A stretch of DNA of 62,924 nucleotides, filler included, from Pelomyxa schiedti (taxonomy: Eukaryota; Protista; Evosea), in assembly GCA_020536535.1 (NCBI GenBank). It is 9 parts of 9 records of this genome, joined end to end, with 100 filler letters (N's around TTAATTAATTAA, not from the genome) between each part and the next. Parts side by side here need not be neighbours in the genome. Positions count along the whole stretch, not along the records: positions 1 to 29,355 come from JAHLWZ010001011.1; positions 29,456 to 30,579 come from JAHLWZ010002800.1; positions 30,680 to 31,728 come from JAHLWZ010002936.1; positions 31,829 to 33,833 come from JAHLWZ010002180.1; positions 33,934 to 37,670 come from JAHLWZ010001693.1; positions 37,771 to 39,536 come from JAHLWZ010002283.1; 3 more parts are not named here. One strand, 5' to 3'. Shown piece after piece: positions 25,781 to 38,057 of this stretch. Within the stretch, counting starts at the first letter, position 1. Each line of letters starts with the position of its first letter. The notes below the pieces were generated by a model. That model ran no database searches, was not told the origin of the DNA, and saw only the letters and a program-made list of their open reading frames with translations. A program made the position numbers and the translations under genes.

Positions 25781-28700
25781 CTAAGAAGGAACTGTGAGCC
25801 CAACCGTATGGTTTTTTTTGGATTTAGTGCTGTACCTGCAGACTGGAGTTCTTGGAGTTCGGCCTCAAAATCGGCATCAATGTAGAGGTCGTCCTTGTGT
25901 TTGAGCTTCTTGTGGATGTCTGATTTGGTTAATAGGAGACCACTCCAAGGAAAAAAAAGGAACCTGTGATGGGATTTGTTACTATTGTCTTGCTTTTAGA
26001 CTGGGTTTTTGAGGAGCCTTTTGGGAAATGAGAAACAAATAGAAACACTCTACATTCAAACAAAATGCAAGTGGTAAGGGAAAAAAAAAGATCACCTAAC
26101 TCTTCCCGTGGTTGACCACTAACAGGATTCAAAATTTGGTCTGGGGGAGTGTCTAGGAAATGTAAATGATTATTCCACCTTGATTGTGAGTTCAATGAAT
26201 GAATAGTACCTAACTGCTGACTGTTTGTCCCAAAGTGCCTGTGATGTTTGTGTTTCTTTGGAGACAGAGAAGCACTTGGAGAAAGAGACGCCACTGTGAT
26301 GAGGTATTGTATTAGGAAAACTAACAAGGGAATGGACATTGTTACTTGGATAACTGGTGTCCGAAGGAGGCAAGTTCAGCACTGGCACAGGGTCATCCTC
26401 TTTTTTGTGTTTGCGTCCCCTGGATACAGTGACCTCAGGTGGAGCTTCACCAGTTTTATTCGGCTGCCTCTCAGTTGGGAGGTTATCGCGGCCTCTCACA
26501 GCTGGGGCTGCTGATGACGACCTTCGTCTGTGTCCTGAAGACTCATTTTGTCGCCTATCATTAGATGTCTCACGGGAGGATGATTCTTTGAGTGGCACTT
26601 CTAAGTGCACCCTATCAGGGGAGGAGGGGACTCCCAGGTATATTTTATCTGAAGGAGGAGGCACTTCAAGGTGTGTCCTGTCAACAGAGTGATCCCGTCG
26701 GTCTATAGAGTGCTCTCGTCTATCTGCTGATGAATCTCGCCTTCGCATTCTCTCTGGGGTCTCTGGTACTGCTAAAGTGCTAGTGCTTTGAGTTTGTGCT
26801 GGTGCCTTCTCAGCGGCTTCTAAAATTGCCCTCATATCATTGTCAGGGTTGGGTCTTGGAGAGACCTCAGAAGTGGGCTTTGGTTGGTTCTCGGATCGAA
26901 AATCACCAGACAAGAGTCTTCTGTGGTGTCTGTGTGTTTTCCCTTCCTCTCGTGGAGAACGTTGCTCTGGAGGTTTTTCCACTGGGGGCTCTATTACTTT
27001 TTGAGGGAGAACGGGAGAGGCCGCGGACCGTGACCTTCTTCGTGTCTCTTGCGTTGGAGGTGATAAACCCTTAGGAGTAGAGGGGGATGGAGGTCCTGAA
27101 GGGATGGGAGACAACAAGGACGGGGGAGGGATGTCAAATGGGGGTGGTATTGGTGAAGGTAAATCATTGAGAGGTGGAGGGATTGTAGTATCAAGAGCGG
27201 GTGGTTCTATTGGGGGAATCGGATCCAGAGGAGGAGGAGGAATGGCTAAATCTCCTGGTTGCGTTGGAGATGGGGGTGGTGGTATGGTAATGCCCAAATC
27301 ATCTGGCAAAATAGGGGGAGGAGGGATTGCAATATTGGGATCCAAATGTGCTGGTGAGACTATACTGGGGGCTGGAGATGATAACGGTGTATGTGCCGCG
27401 GGAGGCGGTATGAATTTTGGTGGAACTTCTGAAAAAGCAGAAGGTGATAATGAACGTGGTCTCTGTGCAGGGATGTGTATTGTTAAAGAGGTCGCTGGCA
27501 GGAGGTTTTCGCTCCTGTGATTCTTAACTTCTGATAACGATTCTGGAATGGGTGATAGTGGTGGTGCAAAAGGAGCAGGAGGAGGTATCCTCGTTGCAAC
27601 AGGAGAGGAAGTGGGAGTGATTGGTGGCGGCCCGATAACGGGCGAAGATAATTCTTGCCTTACGGGTGGGGGAATGTCCAGATTGGGGGGTAGAATTTCT
27701 GGAGGTAATGATGGTGGTGGTACATCCACAGGAGGGGGAACATAGGGTGGAGGAAAGTCTTTAGGTGGAGGAACATCTAATTGTGGTGGAGGAACGTCGG
27801 TTTCGGGGGGCAGGGTAGGGGGAGGAATGTCTGATGGTGGAGGAACATAAATGTCTGGAGGAGGTACATCAATTGGGATTTCGATCGAACTAGCAGCAGA
27901 TTTTTGTGATAGAGCTGCAGCATTAAATGTGCCCGGCAGAAGAGTGGAAAAAACAGAGTTTGTTTGAGATGGGGACCGAAAAGGGGCTGGCGACAAAGAG
28001 ACAGATCTTCCTGAATGGGCGGAATTGCGTGCGCGTGTGGTGGGGGTAGCTGTAGCTGTAGTTGTGGGAGACGAAATCGCGGTCAAAGTGGGGCTTACAC
28101 TAGAGCTCCCTGGATCCCTTTCCGGGACTCCTTCTACTGAATCACCATCTCCACTTCCCCTCAGCTCATTTTTCCCTTCTCGCTTTTTCAGCAGCTCTTT
28201 TTTCTTCCTGTGCTCTTCTTTCCATACTTTTGTGGTCGCTAGCATTATAGCCACTTTTTCTTGCTCTATTCTTGCTAAACGTTCTTGTTCCTCTTTTTGG
28301 AGCTGTTCATCTCTTGTTCGTTTGGCGTTTGCTACATCTTCTACCATTCGTTGACGAGCTTCTTCATTGGCTCGTTGTTCTTCTTCTTCTTTTCGTCTCA
28401 TTTCTGCTTCCTTTTCCTCAAGTTCAAGTTGTTCTAACCGTGCACGCTCCTCAGCCTCAGCACGTTTGCGAGCTGCTGCTGCCTTATTGCGTTCTTTCTT
28501 TTCTGCTAGAGCTTTTAAACGAGCTTCTCGTCGTTCCCTCAGATTTTTCAATAGAACGTCTTTTGACTCACCTTTTTACTGTTTGTTGAAATGTTCTTCC
28601 CTCTTACAAAATTTATGAAGATTGAAGTGGATTGTGTGTTAAGCGGATTTGAGTGTCAATATTCATACATAGGTGGAGAGAGGTAAAGGTAAATACCTGC

Positions 28701-29241
28701 CTCAGCACGCTCATCAGCAGAGAGAGCCTTTTTATGCTAGAAACGATTAGAGGAAAAAAAAACTACTGCCTACTACTACTACTACTAATACTAATACTAC
28801 TGCAACAACAACAAAGTTAAATCAAAACAAGAAGACCCATCACAACTAAATTTAGCTAACAACAGTTAGCCCCTCTGGTCCCAAAGAAATGACACGTACC
28901 TTGGATAAAACAGGAGGCGCAAGCAGCACGCTACTCGGTTCGACGATGGGCGGCAGGCCGACCGTGTTGCGGTGCACGTGGGTGTGCACGTGGGCCGCCT
29001 TGGTGGCGACTGTGCGCGTCGACGACGACGAGGAAGGGAACATCGACGGCGAAGAGGGCGAGGAGGAGGAAGGCGGGGGAGGCGTGGCGGACGACGACGA
29101 CGGCGGCGGCGGCTCGTGTCTCGTCCTTGTGGAGGAGTGCGTGCGGGAGCGCGAGTGCGAGTGGGAGGACGAGAGGGACGACGAGGAAGAGGGAGACGAG
29201 GAGGCGGCGCCGCAATCTACTTCGACGACAACGTCACCCAT
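25781..29241 (-). CDS. Large coiled-coil and proline-rich (D[IV]PPP repeats) protein
   Basis: 793-aa open exon with an E/R/K coiled coil followed by many DxPPP motifs. Flanking exons inferred; ends uncertain. Confidence 0.65.
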
Positions 29242-29355
29242 AAGCGGTTTCGTATGCGCCCTCGCGCGGCGTGGGTGAATGTCCAGATTGGGGGGTAGAA
29301 TTTCTGGAGGTAATGATGGTGGTGGTACATCCACAGGAGGGGGAACATAGGGTGG

Positions 29356-29455
29356 NNNNNNNNNNNNNNNNNNNNNNNNNNNNNNNNNNNNNNNNNNNNT
29401 TAATTAATTAANNNNNNNNNNNNNNNNNNNNNNNNNNNNNNNNNNNNNNNNNNNN
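29356..29455. other. Artificial joining spacer 44N-TTAATTAATTAA-44N; identical spacers at 30580-30679, 31729-31828, 33834-33933, 37671-37770, 39537-39636, 40849-40948 and 60563-60662
   Basis: Identical 100-nt layout each time, with a core that gives stops in all six frames. Confidence 0.98.
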
Positions 29456-30320
29456 AAGTACTTGGGAAGACTACTGTGGGAGATCTGCAAGGGAGAAGGA
29501 GGAGAGGACTCATTTATTGGAACATTGCACTTATGTGAAGCTTCACATGAACTTGTCTCACTCTGAGTGGCATCTGTGCTCATTGCTGCAAATTCATTGA
29601 TGCAAGCTGTACCCTTGACCCCAAATTGTGCACAACCAAATGCTTCCAAGAGGCAAGGAAACATCCAAGACAAACGGATCTGCACAAGAGATGGCTGTAC
29701 ATTCTCTGTGGCTGCTAAGCTTGGCAAGTGGCTATTGGACATTTGGAAATACTACTACCAGTTAACCCTTGAACAAGAGTTGTCTAAACCAATTCAAAAG
29801 CTTGGTGTATGATCCTTTGCATTGTTTCACCAATCTTGTTTTGAACTTGTTAAAAGCCTGCCTTGGTTGCAAGGAATTCACTGTTCATCTCTTGCTGCAG
29901 CTCTATTGCAGGCAGTATCTCAGGCTTCTAATTGGCCAAAAAAGACCTTTCATTGCTCCTCAGTTGAGAGCATCTTTCACACATTGCTGGATGTGTTGAA
30001 CTTCACTTACAAATGGTTGTTCATTGAAGAGTTGACTGATACATTGCTTCAACAGTGGAAAGATACTTGTGACAATATTTTAGCTCTCTCTGCTTTATTT
30101 TCAAAGAAGTTAAAGCCTTCAGTGCATTACTGGTGTGAACACTCCTGGTGGTGCTTCAATGCTGAAGCAAGAGCTGGCTGAAGCCATGAATAAGTGGCAC
30201 AAACATCTGAAAGAAACATGTTGCAGAGGGAGAGTTTCCTCTTCTGACTCCCGCAACTCCTGGGAGTGCTTGTTGAACCAGTTGTGTGCCTTGATTTCTT
30301 TCATTCGGGGAAATCGGAGA
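29456..30320 (+). mobile_element. Decayed RAG1/Transib/Chapaev-type DDE transposase fragment
   Basis: Motifs in RAG1 order across frameshifts: VGDL (29476-29487), HCTY[C]EA (29523-29540, needs one extra T), YDPLHC (29808), PSVHYWCEH (to 30142), QELAEAMNK (30168-30194). Confidence 0.6.
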
Positions 30321-30536
30321 AATCGGAGAAGATCTGAGAAAAAAAAAATTGTTCTGCATCTCGGCGTCCGGCAATCGTGTCACCGTTGCGGGACAGCGTA
30401 AGGTGGACGTACCGTGCACCACGGGGTGGGGCTGGTGGTGCGGCGAGACGCGTGGGGGCGTGGATGACCGATGGGTCTCCATCCACGAGGTGGTGTGCTG
30501 GCGTGTGGGGGGGGGGGGGGGGGGGGGGGGGGGGGG

Positions 30537-30579
<43 letters not shown>

Positions 30580-30679
30580 NNNNNNNNNNNNNNNNNNNNN
30601 NNNNNNNNNNNNNNNNNNNNNNNTTAATTAATTAANNNNNNNNNNNNNNNNNNNNNNNNNNNNNNNNNNNNNNNNNNNN

Positions 30680-31728
30680 GTCTTCCAAAGGAAATTATTA
30701 TTCTTGTAACAAAGGTAGAGGCTTTCATACAGTTGTTCTTATCTCTGTCAAAGACATCAAAGATTGCGCGTAATACTATCTTGTTAGTGCTCCAGTGAGG
30801 TGCTACTTTGTGCACAACAGCGCAAAAAGTTTCAAAGTTGAGGAGTTTCCAAGATGGCTGGTGTACTTGAGTCGGTTCGGGATCAGTTGTGGGTCTGAGG
30901 GTGCAAACAGGTTCTAATTCTTTGCAGAGCCGTTGAAGTTCCGATCGGCTGAAGTTGGTAACTTTGGATAGTAAAACAATTTGTCTTCCAGACAGTTGTA
31001 ATCGTGTGTCAGCCATAATTGTTTTACGTGATTCCGATAACATATTGGCAAGTGTGGTATCACCAATTTTCATTGTCAAATAGTCTATCTAGAGAAAAAA
31101 GAGGTTGGTAAGGCACTGAGACCAAGTAACAGCAAACTCACCTGCCGGAAAAAGTGAGTAGTGTCAGAGTCAGCGATTGTATGTGCCAGTGTGTGGCACA
31201 CATGAGCGCACTTGAGTACGTCTTCTTCTGCCTCGCTGCATTCAAGCCCGGCCCGCTGTAACAGTGCTACGCATGCAGCATATACAGGAGTGACACTCCC
31301 AGTGGAGAGGATGCGATCCCACAAATTCCAGAGGATACTTGCAGAAAACTGATGCGCAAAACAGCATAGAACCCAGCTTGTAGTTAATAAACTGTGATGC
31401 AACTTATAGTTATTGAGTGTCACTGTCACTCCAGGAATGTGTTGGTGGATCAGTTTTTCCAGGACACCTTGGGCAACAAGGAGACCTGCAATTGTCTTAC
31501 TCAATATTAATAAGTGTGTGCCTACCAAGCATATGATCGTGGTAACAGTCCACCCCTATGACATTGACAATTCTGTTCATCACCCAAAAGGCATACTCCT
31601 CGGAGTGAGGGTCACTCGGTGAGAGAAAGCACCCACAGCCAAGAAGTGACGCCGCGGCAAGATCGTTCAGTGACTGTGTATACCCAACTGGAGAGATATA
31701 AGCAAGACAACAGTGAGAATAAACTTTT
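30680..31728 (-). CDS. Partial TBC-domain Rab-GAP with EF-hand
   Basis: YTQSLNDLAA, EEYAFWVM, SWVLCCFAHQF....WNLWDRIL, then IFDVFDRDKNN. Truncated by both spacers. Confidence 0.8.
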
Positions 31729-32213
31729 NNNNNNNNNNNNNNNNNNNNNNNNNNNNNNNNNNNNNNNNNNNNTTAATTAATTAANNNNNNNNNNNNNNNN
31801 NNNNNNNNNNNNNNNNNNNNNNNNNNNNCGCGAACTTGATTTCCTAAGATGTCAGGTCCGAGTGCTGACTCAGCAGGTCAGTCTCTCAGTCTCGGTGTTC
31901 GTGCTCGTGCTCGCAGAGAGTTTGCTTGTGTATTCTACAGAATCACACACACTCCTCCTCCTTCTTGAGATCGGAGATCAGTTCTTCTGAAAAAGCGAAA
32001 ACGAAAAGTGGTGCTACGGCGTTCCGTTCGCTGTGCGTCGTGCGTCGGCTCAGTTCATGTCCAGTGTTGCATGGCGTTGTTGTCATTGAGATGACGAAGT
32101 GGTTGGTGAGTCTGGAATGTCGAAGTGTTGATATTCGGCGTTCGGTGATTGCGGTTCTGTGATGCAAGTAGTGCGGTTGTGTACTCCTTGAGTGTGCCAA
32201 TGTACCTTTGGTG

Positions 32214-32214
<1 letters not shown>

Positions 32215-32250
<36 letters not shown>

Positions 32251-33833
32251 AATTGATGCATGTGTAATGTTAATTCGAAATTAACATGCAATAGCACATT
32301 CTGGCTATGAGCATCACAGACCTCTTGTGGGGTTTTGGCCGTTTCCCAGGTCAATGCTATGCATGAAATTCGTTTTGATCTCAGTATGCATGAATGAATG
32401 ATGTTGGAGTCTAATTAAATGCAGATGTTGGATTTGATTCGTCCAGAATGCTGTGTGATGAAGATTATGCTGTATTGGATATGCTGGGTGATTTGCAGGG
32501 TATTGGAGTACAATGTGGATTTGATTAGGTATGCCAGTGTTGTGGGATCTCTGTCTCTTAACTTGTTCAGAAAACGATGGAGATGAGCTTGTGGACTTGC
32601 TTGGTTGACTACATTGCTGCCAAAGATGCCAAATTGCCTTGCAGGTTGTTTCTGCATACAGGTATGCCTTCCTGTTGTCTTCCAGATGGCTAATTCCATT
32701 GCAGAAGCCTCGAAATGATGTGCAAAGCCTTGCAGAAGTGTTGCTGATTCCCTCAGCATTGAGTATGCAAGATATCCTTGCCTTGAAGCTAACCAATAAC
32801 CATAAATTCGCCTAACAGAGAATACTTGAATGTCAAATGACTTGGATGCCTTCCAAGTGCCAGATAGAGTTTCCAGTGTATTGGACCAGTGATTCACTGT
32901 GCAGAAAATGCTATGGCGGCCAGAGTAGAGTTGCTGCTGATTACAGGCTTGTGTGAAAGCTGCCTGATTGCACAGAAATTTCTTCAGGTTCGTATGTGAT
33001 GCAATTCTAGCTAGCATGCTAACTCAGATACAGATGTGTCATAGGGATTGATGCTGATGTCTCCTGCGCCTCAGAAAGTGCTCTGTATGCATGCCTAGAG
33101 CCTTTGGGTAAGTCCAGAATAGTTGCTGTTCTGTGTCTGACTTCTTACAGGACAAGGGACTCTTGTGGAACTGGAATTGGGCTGATTGTATTTCCAGGCT
33201 TGAAGTGACTTTGAAGCTGACTTGCCAATTCAGCTGAGAGCAGCAAGCAGATCATTGTCAACGCCAAGGCAATGGCATCTAACAGCATCAGATGATGATA
33301 CAAAGGGTAGAAGCAAACCTGATTCAGCAAAACGCAAGAAGCACATCAGCACAACTCAAAGCATGCTAGAGCATCCAAGTTGCACAAGCTAGGAGCAGTT
33401 GGCAACAACAGCAGTCTTTGCTACCTTCGCCATAAGTAAGGAATCATCCTGGAAAACGGAACCATACCTGGGAACAATTCATGCTTGCAAACTCATCCAA
33501 GCTGGAAGCTGGCAGCACATATTTCAAGGAGATCATCCAGACCAAGCACAGCAAGGAGCAGAAAGCATCTCAACAACTGCAGAACGAATTGGCAAGTCAG
33601 CTTCAAAGTCACTTCAAGCCTGGAAATACAATCAGCCCAATTCCAGTTCCACAAGAGTCCCTTGTCCTGTAAGAAGTCAGACACAGAACAGCAACTATTC
33701 TGGACTTACCCAAAGGCTCTAGGCATGCATACAGAGCACTTTCTGAGGCGCAGGAGACATCAGCATCAATCCCTATGACACATCTGTATCTGAGTTAGCA
33801 TGCTAGCTAGAATTGCATCACATACGAACCTGA
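32215..33833 (-). mobile_element. Poly(A)-tailed, degenerate non-LTR retroelement or retrocopy
   Basis: 35-nt T run at 32215-32249 lies about 165 nt downstream of an intronless 200-aa minus ORF. Sequence is CpG-poor, with a weak RT-like PYLG in the inverted part. Confidence 0.4.
32984..33833. repeat. 248-bp perfect inverted duplication (32984-33231 vs 33586-33833) ending at the contig edge
   Basis: Direct reverse-complement comparison. Confidence 0.93.
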
Positions 33834-33933
33834 NNNNNNNNNNNNNNNNNNNNNNNNNNNNNNNNNNNNNNNNNNNNTTAATTAATTAANNNNNNNNNNN
33901 NNNNNNNNNNNNNNNNNNNNNNNNNNNNNNNNN

Positions 33934-34297
33934 CATCTGAGCACCACTGCTTGTGTTGATGAATGTCATGACCTCAGGTGGTATGGTTCCAAGGTTTCCC
34001 CATGTGTTGCCTGTTGGTGTGAGGATGGTGCTGATGTTTCCTTGGTTGTCTGCATCACCACAGCCACGACATACGGTGTATACTGTGCGAATACTACTTT
34101 TGGTGTGTACCACTGTTTTACTCTGCACACACTAATGTGTTACGTTTGCCCATTTTTGCAGTTACGTTTGCCTTGGTGCATATGAGGGACACCCAGCTAG
34201 ATGCAAGAACGGGTGCTCGCTGTGGTGCTCAAGCCAGTGTGACTGCCCTGTTTGCCCCGAATGTACTGACACTGTCAAATGTGAGTATGCCTACTGA
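33934..34297 (+). CDS. 3' part of a cysteine-rich protein
   Basis: ACVDECHD...CVACWC and spliced YVCLG...CKNGCSLWCSSQCDCPVCPECTDTVKCEYAY*. Confidence 0.5.
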
Positions 34298-34509
34298 AGG
34301 GCTGTGAGTTTTTCAGTTCTACCTGTATCACTTTAATGAAAGCATAACATAACATAACCCTCCTTTTTTCCTTGTTGCGACAATTATGCAGCGAGAAACA
34401 CAAAAAAACAGTACCACATGTCCAACAGGTACTTCCTAACTAATCTCAGTACCAAATAGGTGGCTCCTATGTTGTGGTTGTGCACACAACAATTATTTTC
34501 CTTTTATGT

Positions 34510-35645
34510 TCATAAGGACACAGAGAAGTGGACAGGGACACCAGACACATTGAGGAACGTGGTTCCGCCTTGAGCGGTGGTCCCGTGTGACTCGTGAACG
34601 TGGCCAAACACGTGAACCAAAGGCATCGGCGCCATCCCGCGAAGCCGGGAGAGGAGCGCGGAGCAGCCGACTGTGGTGCCGCGGCGGGTGCGGTCCAGAA
34701 TCCCATAAGCCGGGCCGTGCGTGATCAGCACGTGGGTGTCGGCTGGGATCCGCGACCACGTGGACGTCGCCTGCGATGGATTCCTCATTTGGAAAGCGCC
34801 GACGAACGGCGGGGTCCATGGCGACCCATAAAAGTTGACTCCTGCAATTTGTGTGGTTAAATGTAACTGGAAATTAATTATGCAATGAGTGAGGGGATGC
34901 GTGTATGTAGAATTCATGAAAATGAATTGGTAACGCGGAGAGAATTATTATTGGATGGATGTGGTGAGTTTGAAATAATGGTGGAAATTTACCGCGTATT
35001 GTTACTGTCTCGTCACGCAGGTAAGTGGCACCCACAGCAGCGAACTTTGTGCGCACATCATCGGGCCTAAATTCTGCAATCATGTCGGAGTTTCCCGCTA
35101 TTATCAGTTTGTGCTTGTATGGCAGCGCACCAACCCACCTGTACTAGTTTTGTTCCCTACTACATCATCAATGTCACTTTATTAATACATCCATCCCCCA
35201 AATAAGAAAAAAAAACGATAGACAAATTCCTCCATTATTATCCTATTTGCCTAAAATTTTCATTTAAAATAATGACACAATACTGTACAATACGCGCGCA
35301 ACGCGATTTTAGGTAGTTGAGACCCAACAACCAACACACAGGGTACGGTACGCACTGCACAAAATCGTCGAGGTGGGCACCGGACCAGTCCCCTGCGTGT
35401 ATAAACACCTCCTCCTCCTCTTCGTGTGCCCTCTCCCCGTCCCCATCCCCATCCTCTCCCTCATTTACGCGCTCCTCTTCCTCCTCCTCCTCGTCGTGGC
35501 GCCTCGACGCATCATCCACTTCGACACCCACATGCACCTGCACGCCGGTTGTCATGTCCAAATCGCGGTGGGCACCGTGCGTGTCACTCACACCCACGCA
35601 CCGAATCCGCGTCCGCATCGCCCCGCCGTGTCGTACAGCTGCCAT
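34510..35645 (-). CDS. Calcineurin-like metallophosphoesterase (MPPED1/2-like)
   Basis: VSDTH, IHAGD, IAGNSD, FYGSPW, LITHGP, HVFGHVHE. Confidence 0.88.
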
Positions 35646-35785
35646 TCGACGATTTCGCCGGAAGTGAGTGTCTGGGACAAGTATGGCGCTCCAGAGCGAA
35701 ACTCCACAGCCGTTTAGAAAGAGAACAGTAGATGGAGTGACGGTAATTTTATGAGCTCATTGAGGCCACTTCACGACTGTGTTTT

Positions 35786-36999
35786 TTAACATTGGGATGA
35801 GGGTGGAATAGCTACTTCAGTGGAACTCCAATCCAATGTGTCAGTGATTTGGTGTGGCAAAAACCTCGCGGTGAGCACAGTCGTTCCTGACCACGGATCA
35901 CAGAACAGCACCACAAGTGCGTTTGATGCACCCTTCTCAGTCATCCCAAAAGTGACAAGGCTGCCCATTCCACCACTCACCCTGTCAATTGGGAAATCTG
36001 GCATCAACAGGGACACAACCGAACAGGGCTGTGTTGGCTGGCTGAGCTTGAACAAGTGAACATGCGTGCTGTCGGCAATGCAAGCAAAGTGAGTCTGGTC
36101 AACCAACCAAGGCTTGCTTGGCAACGTGACCACAACATCACCAGATGGCGCAAGAAGCTCGTTCTTGTCAGTCAGAAGCAGGCCACTCCAAAACACACGT
36201 GCCTTCTTCTCCCTCAGATTGGAAGCCGCTGCTTCCCAATCCCATTTGGCCACCACCCTGCTGACCAGCACACCAGTCTCAAGTGACTCCGCGATATCAA
36301 CCTCTATCCACACCAAATCACAGTGCGGTGTATGGTCCACCTCACACATGACTCACCTTTCAAATCTTCAATGGATACTACGCCATGTAGGTCCAAACTG
36401 CTGAGCGAAGAAGCAGGCACCTTCCACAAGTGGAGTGTGTTCTTCTTTGGGCCTCCCACAATCACAACCCACTTGCTGTTGCAGTCGTAGAGGTTGACGC
36501 CCAAGTGCCCCATCCCACAATCCACCCTCCTGTGCGGAAAACAGCCGCGTCTCGAACTCGGGTCAGATGTCATTATCTGCACGACCTGCCCGCCCGCTAC
36601 GTCCCGCACGCAGAACCGGCGGGCGGCCCTGAGTCCCCGGCTCGATATCCTCCACGCGGGGCCCACCCACTCGCGGTCATGCGAGTAGTCGTCCTGGTAC
36701 TCGCTGGTGGCGCGCACCACGGGGTCGCGGAGGGCGCCGAGGGTGTGGGAGACCAGCACCGCGAGGTACCCGCAGCCCCGCGGCTCGCTGGTGGACGCGG
36801 GCACGGGGGTGACGCGGGCGCAGAGCCACGAGGCGGGGCGCAGGACCCATGGGCGGGCAAGCGAGTCCCGCAGCAGGGGCCCGCACGACGCTGCGAGCCT
36901 CGCTGGGCTCCCCGCCCCGCATCTTAATGACGAACTCATCGCGATCGCCATGAACTGATCCTTCGCTTGTGCCACCGTCGAGACGATTTGCACTTCCAT
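35786..36999 (-). CDS. Lineage-specific protein with N-terminal A[KR]DQF...RCG..SP motif
   Basis: AKDQFMAIAMSSSLRCGAGSPAR; one 53-nt intron joins the two ORFs; related to 46340-47746. Confidence 0.7.
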
Positions 37000-37206
37000 C
37001 TTTTGATGGATTCTGCACTACATCTTTTTGATGGTTTATGCAGAAAAACATTTCTGTTCCTTTTTTTGTTTAACTGTTGAGAGTGACGGAAATCTCAGCG
37101 GCGCTCCAGTTCATTTTGTTGGTGGGCAGGTGCGGTAAAAACCTTGCTTTGAGCACAGGAATCCCTCTCAGACTCACGGTTTTCGTTTCGATCGTTTGGG
37201 TTTTTG

Positions 37207-37670
37207 ATGGACTACAAAGAGGGTGCTGTGGTGGCAGGAGTTTTAGCAACGGCGGGCGTCCTGAGGGACCACCCCCGGGAGCAGGAGGTCCCCATAGCGT
37301 TATTGCCGGGTAATAATGTCTCTGTTTCCCCCACCATTGTTAAGAGATCCTCTGAGGCCTCGCCTGGTTTGTCTGGTTCTGAAGGTAGCCGTACTAACCT
37401 GATGTGATTACAACTCACATATATATTTATATATCAATCAGGAGAAAAAGAGACTGCTGCAGCCGGGTGGAGAAGGAAGGTGCTGAGGGAGAGACAGGTG
37501 CTTCGTGACAAGAGGAGAGCTGAGAGGGAGCTCGCAAGAAGGGCTGCTCAGCTGGCTGAAAGAGACATACAAGCTGCCGCTGTGGCCGCTGCTGCAGAAC
37601 TGGTACAGAATAAATCGGTGAGTGGAGAGCAAGAGTCACAACCTTCTGTTGTTCCCACAACCACTACACC
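37207..37670 (+). CDS. Partial hypothetical coiled-coil protein
   Basis: ORF fragments with an E/R/A-rich helix, truncated by the spacer. Confidence 0.35.
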
Positions 37671-37770
37671 NNNNNNNNNNNNNNNNNNNNNNNNNNNNNN
37701 NNNNNNNNNNNNNNTTAATTAATTAANNNNNNNNNNNNNNNNNNNNNNNNNNNNNNNNNNNNNNNNNNNN

Positions 37771-38057
37771 GCGATCAGTGAAATGACAGAAATACTGATT
37801 GATGTTTGGGTGTGGGTCCAATGTTGAAGATATAAGGTATTCATTCTTGAAGAAGGGAAAGTAAAAGTTCGAAACAAGACGAAAACAAAAAGTCAGACAC
37901 CTCAAAGCGCATCTGTAATTGTGGAACTTTCTTTGTGGTTTGTTGTTGGAACGTTCCAAAACCAAGAGGATATATAACCTCGAGTGTTTGTGTGTAAAAA
38001 CTTGGAGCTTTACCTCAGTTCCTTCCTTTGCTCCTTCAATCTCCCCGGCAGTTTCTA
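37771..38057 (-). CDS. Fragment of a protein kinase N-lobe
   Basis: Spliced ...MRFE|NEYLISSTLDPHPNINQYFCHFTDR resembles kinase alphaC-HPNI subdomains III-IV. Truncated. Confidence 0.45.

Noticed and set aside
27104-28618. Long antisense ORFs here and opposite other low-complexity exons
   Set aside because: Shadow frames of Pro-rich or charged coding sequence.
29277-29355. 79-bp exact copy of 27672-27750 upstream of the same gene
   Set aside because: Identical, at the contig edge, and copied from a nearby exon; typical of an amplification or assembly chimera.
29356-29455. Recurrent TTAATTAATTAA palindrome inside N runs
   Set aside because: Artificial all-frame-stop linker, not biological.
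30507-30579. Poly-G tract or G-quadruplex
   Set aside because: Sits at a contig end; probably a sequencing artefact.
32984-33833. 248-bp perfect inverted repeat as a TIR pair
   Set aside because: 100% identical, runs into the contig end and duplicates internal sequence; most likely an inverted amplification chimera.
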